Assembly (NCBI GenBank): GCA_963692915.1
Contig: OY843584.1
Coordinates: 224,001 to 288,000, forward strand
Direction: 5' to 3'
Length of the DNA stretch: 64,000 bases
Source of the DNA: Cenarchaeum sp.
GTDB taxonomy: Archaea; Thermoproteota; Nitrososphaeria; Nitrososphaerales; Nitrosopumilaceae
The notes beneath the pieces are model-generated. The model ran no database searches. It saw nothing but the letters and a program-made list of their open reading frames with translations, and was not told where the DNA came from. Numbering within the stretch: position 1 is the first letter of the stretch; the number at the start of each line of letters is the position of its first letter. Made by a program: the position numbers and the translations under genes. Positions 61,414-64,000 of the stretch are shown here, one piece after another.

Positions 61414-62349
61414 ATGACCTTTGCGCACATATCTGACATTCACCTGGGCCAAAAGCAGTATGGCGCCGGGGAGCGCGAGGAGGACATGTATGACGCCTTT
61501 GCCCAGGCCGTCGACATCTCGATCAGGGATCACGTCGAGTTTGTCCTGATCTCCGGCGACCTCTTTGACATGGCCGGCAAGGGCAAGAGGGCAGTCGTGG
61601 AGTTCAGCGCGGCGGCTGCCAGGCTCTCAGACGCGGGCATACGGTCATACTATGTGCTCGGCGAGCACGACACGGCGAGGATAGGCGCAACACCGCTGGA
61701 CTTTGCGCGCAACACGCTGGCTCCGGCAAGGCATGCAGGCGACGGCGAGCCGCTCGTCCACGAGGGGACCATGATCATCGGCTTTGACATGTTCGCCCCT
61801 GACGAGCTAGATCGCGCAAGGGAGGCCATTGCGGCCGCAGGGCGCCTCGCCGGCGCCCACAACGGCAAGAGCGTGCTGCTCATGCACCAGGGGATAATCG
61901 ATGCCACGGGAGTTCCCGGCGAGCTCGGCGTTGACGCGCTGCCCGCACAGTTCTCGTACTATGCGATGGGCCACCTCCATGACCGCTATGAGGCGCGGCC
62001 GGACTCACTCGGCGGCCCAATTGCGTACCCCGGCTCGACAGAGGTCGCCATACACGAGGGCATCAATGGCTCAAAAAAGGGATTCTATGAGGTCGACCTG
62101 TCCGGAGACTCCGCCTCGCTGTCGTGGATTGGCCTGGACACGCGCCCGCACATATCGTTCTCGGCCGAATATGGCGAGCTCGCCTCGCGCGCCGGTGAGA
62201 TTGCGGCAGCGGCAGCGGCGTGCGCAAAAAAGCCAGTCGTGGGCCTGAGCCTCGGGGGCACGTTTGATGCGGCCGAGGCCCGCAGGATTACGGCTCCCAT
62301 ACGCGAGGCCTCGATATGGTGCCAGATAACGTCGGCCGGAAGATCCTGA
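61414..62349 (+). CDS. Mre11/SbcD-like metallophosphoesterase
   Basis: SDIHLG, GDLFD, GEHD, HQG, GHLH, YPGS.E. Confidence 0.88.
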   Translation: MTFAHISDIHLGQKQYGAGEREEDMYDAFAQAVDISIRDHVEFVLISGDLFDMAGKGKRAVVEFSAAAARLSDAGIRSYYVLGEHDTARIGATPLDFARNTLAPARHAGDGEPLVHEGTMIIGFDMFAPDELDRAREAIAAAGRLAGAHNGKSVLLMHQGIIDATGVPGELGVDALPAQFSYYAMGHLHDRYEARPDSLGGPIAYPGSTEVAIHEGINGSKKGFYEVDLSGDSASLSWIGLDTRPHISFSAEYGELASRAGEIAAAAAACAKKPVVGLSLGGTFDAAEARRITAPIREASIWCQITSAGRS

Positions 62350-62391
62350 GTCGGCATATACTCTTATTGATTGGCCCTGCGCCGCGTGCGC

Positions 62392-63042
62392 ATGGCGCTG
62401 CGCGACCTCGACCTAAAGCAAGAGTACCGCTCTGACCGCGATGACATCGTCCACGGGTTCTTTATCAGGTGCCTTGCAAACTCGGTCAGCTATGACCGCT
62501 CAATAGAGCATGTCTCAGTCAAGAGTCTCACGACGCTTGCGCTAAGCTCGACGAACACGTCTGACATGCGTCTCCGCATAGTGTCGGGAACGAGGTTTCG
62601 CGCATCAGACATTGCGACGCTGAGCAAGATGTTCTCGGATCGTGAGATCGGCCATGCAGGCGAGCGAATGCGCGAGGGCAAGCTTGCGGCTCTGCAGTCG
62701 ATGATTCGCGAGGGGCGCCTGCAGATAAAGGTCGCAATACCGAGCTCTGAGGACATCGTCGGCTCGTTCACCGAGAGGATTGGGATATTTGCCGACGAGG
62801 CCGGAGATGTCGTCGCATTCACGGGAACGTCAAACCGCACGTTTGACTCACAGAGCCTCGATTTTGAGTCCATCGATGTGTTCACGTCATGGGAGGACAC
62901 GTCGCGTGTCGAGACAAAGATACGAGACTTTGGCAAGCTCTGGGCAAACGAGACGCGCTACCTGTCAGTGTGCGATTTTGCGCGCGCCAACTCTGAGAAC
63001 CTTCTAAAGTACTCGTCATCGTGGGCAGTCTCACTTGAGTGA
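62392..63042 (+). CDS. Stand-alone PLD-like domain (resembles the N-terminus of PLD-helicase fusions)
   Basis: YRSDRDDIV..F...L..S..YDR; IGIF.D..G..VAFTG.SN; FESIDVF.SW. Confidence 0.75.
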   Translation: MALRDLDLKQEYRSDRDDIVHGFFIRCLANSVSYDRSIEHVSVKSLTTLALSSTNTSDMRLRIVSGTRFRASDIATLSKMFSDREIGHAGERMREGKLAALQSMIREGRLQIKVAIPSSEDIVGSFTERIGIFADEAGDVVAFTGTSNRTFDSQSLDFESIDVFTSWEDTSRVETKIRDFGKLWANETRYLSVCDFARANSENLLKYSSSWAVSLE

Positions 63043-63594
63043 TGTGTCCTCGCGAGCCTTGTTCTCAGGAAACGTTGATGGCGTTATCTTGTAGTATATG
63101 ACCTCGCCGCGGCCGTCAACGACGGCAACTATTGGCTCCTTTCCCATGCGAGTCATCTCGACGACCTTTTCCTGCAGTGCGCCGGCCGTCTCGCGCGTCC
63201 CGTCACTAAACCCAAAGACGAGGTACTTTGCGCCCTTTTTGCCATAGTCGCCGCGCTCGTACACGCAAAAGTCCGTCCCAAACCCAAAGCCGTCGCGCAC
63301 AGTGTACCCGCGGGCCCGCAGGTCCCTGTATATGAGAAAGCGCTCAAGGGCGCCCTCGGACTTTTTGCGCGCGGCGCGCATGAGCTCGTCAAATCCAACG
63401 GTGCGCTCCCCGCGGCGCATGACGAGTGACCCGCGGTACGCAAGGTAGAGCGCCTCGTGGGCCGCGAGAACCTGCGCCTCGCCGCTCGCCTCGCCGTACC
63501 CGTCGCCTCGCAGCTCGGCCGCGCCAGACCCGCCGGCGACGCTGACTTTGACGCCTGACACCGTGCCGGCAAACCTTGGCTTTTCTGCCTCCAT
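63031..63594 (-). CDS. endA: tRNA-splicing endonuclease subunit
   Basis: EALYL, F.IY.DLR.RGY....G..FG.DF.VY, AVVD...EVIYY. Confidence 0.88.
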   Translation of the reverse strand: MEAEKPRFAGTVSGVKVSVAGGSGAAELRGDGYGEASGEAQVLAAHEALYLAYRGSLVMRRGERTVGFDELMRAARKKSEGALERFLIYRDLRARGYTVRDGFGFGTDFCVYERGDYGKKGAKYLVFGFSDGTRETAGALQEKVVEMTRMGKEPIVAVVDGRGEVIYYKITPSTFPENKAREDTSLK

Positions 63595-63735
63595 GGGACA
63601 CGCCGCATGCAATTTTTCAATATAAGGATACGCGGGGGACTGCAATGTGGCCACCGTGGGTGTCGCCTGCTAGCCACTCGTTGCCCAACCGGCCTATCAG
63701 GGTTAAATATGGGCGCCATGGCGCGTGGGGACATA

Positions 63736-64000
63736 ATGCACGGGGCAAACTATCGGCACGGCAACGGCCAGCCGTACACGCGCAAAAAGTACATCAAGGG
63801 CAAGCCGCAATCAAAGATCGCAAAGTACCATGGCGGCAAGCCCGGCGAATACGATGTCTGCGTGCAGCTCCTCATACGCGAAAAGGTTCAGATACGCCAC
63901 ATGGCCATCGAGTCTGCCAGGCTCGCGGCCAACAAGACGCTCGAAAAGACGACTGGCGAGACTGGCTACTTTTCGCGCCTTCGAATATACCCGCACGTGC
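63736..64000 (+). CDS. rpl10e: 50S ribosomal protein L10e/uL16, partial (runs off window)
   Basis: MHGANYR...YTRKKYIKGKPQSKIAK...QIRHMAIESAR...LRIYPHV; not in the ORF track because it has no stop in the window. Confidence 0.93.
   Translation, partial: MHGANYRHGNGQPYTRKKYIKGKPQSKIAKYHGGKPGEYDVCVQLLIREKVQIRHMAIESARLAANKTLEKTTGETGYFSRLRIYPHV

Overview
High-GC archaeal DNA whose gene content and motifs point to a Nitrosopumilaceae/Cenarchaeum-like thaumarchaeote (inferred from CFI-box-CTERM and PxWIKxxAxxW surface modules, leaderless TATA-ATG spacing and operon order). Most of the window is housekeeping: cofE, tRNA-Glu, tRNA-Leu, pstSCAB-phoU, folD, purD, rpl7ae-rps28e-rpl24e-ndk-aIF5B, hacAB and leuCD, rps9-rpl13-rpl18e, rpoD, the SBDS/exosome operon, endA and rpl10e. 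It also carries several large secreted repeat proteins. The standout is an AT-rich type III restriction-modification island (mod-res, 50.8-56.1 kb) inserted between rpoD and rpl18e. Its apparent mod start (ATG 56122/56119, behind a TATA-like box) is separated from the methyltransferase body by a C26 homopolymer that puts it out of frame; C24 or C27 would restore the frame. This is the architecture of a phase-variable (ON/OFF) methyltransferase, which would be a candidate archaeal phasevarion. Secondary observations are two candidate structured ncRNAs, a tandem family of secreted paralogs with variable patches and a frameshifted third copy, a CDS running antisense into tRNA-Leu, an orphan tandem-duplicated peptide ORF, and short zinc-finger proteins hidden inside longer ORF-track calls. 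All functional calls come from motif recognition by eye; no database searches were run.
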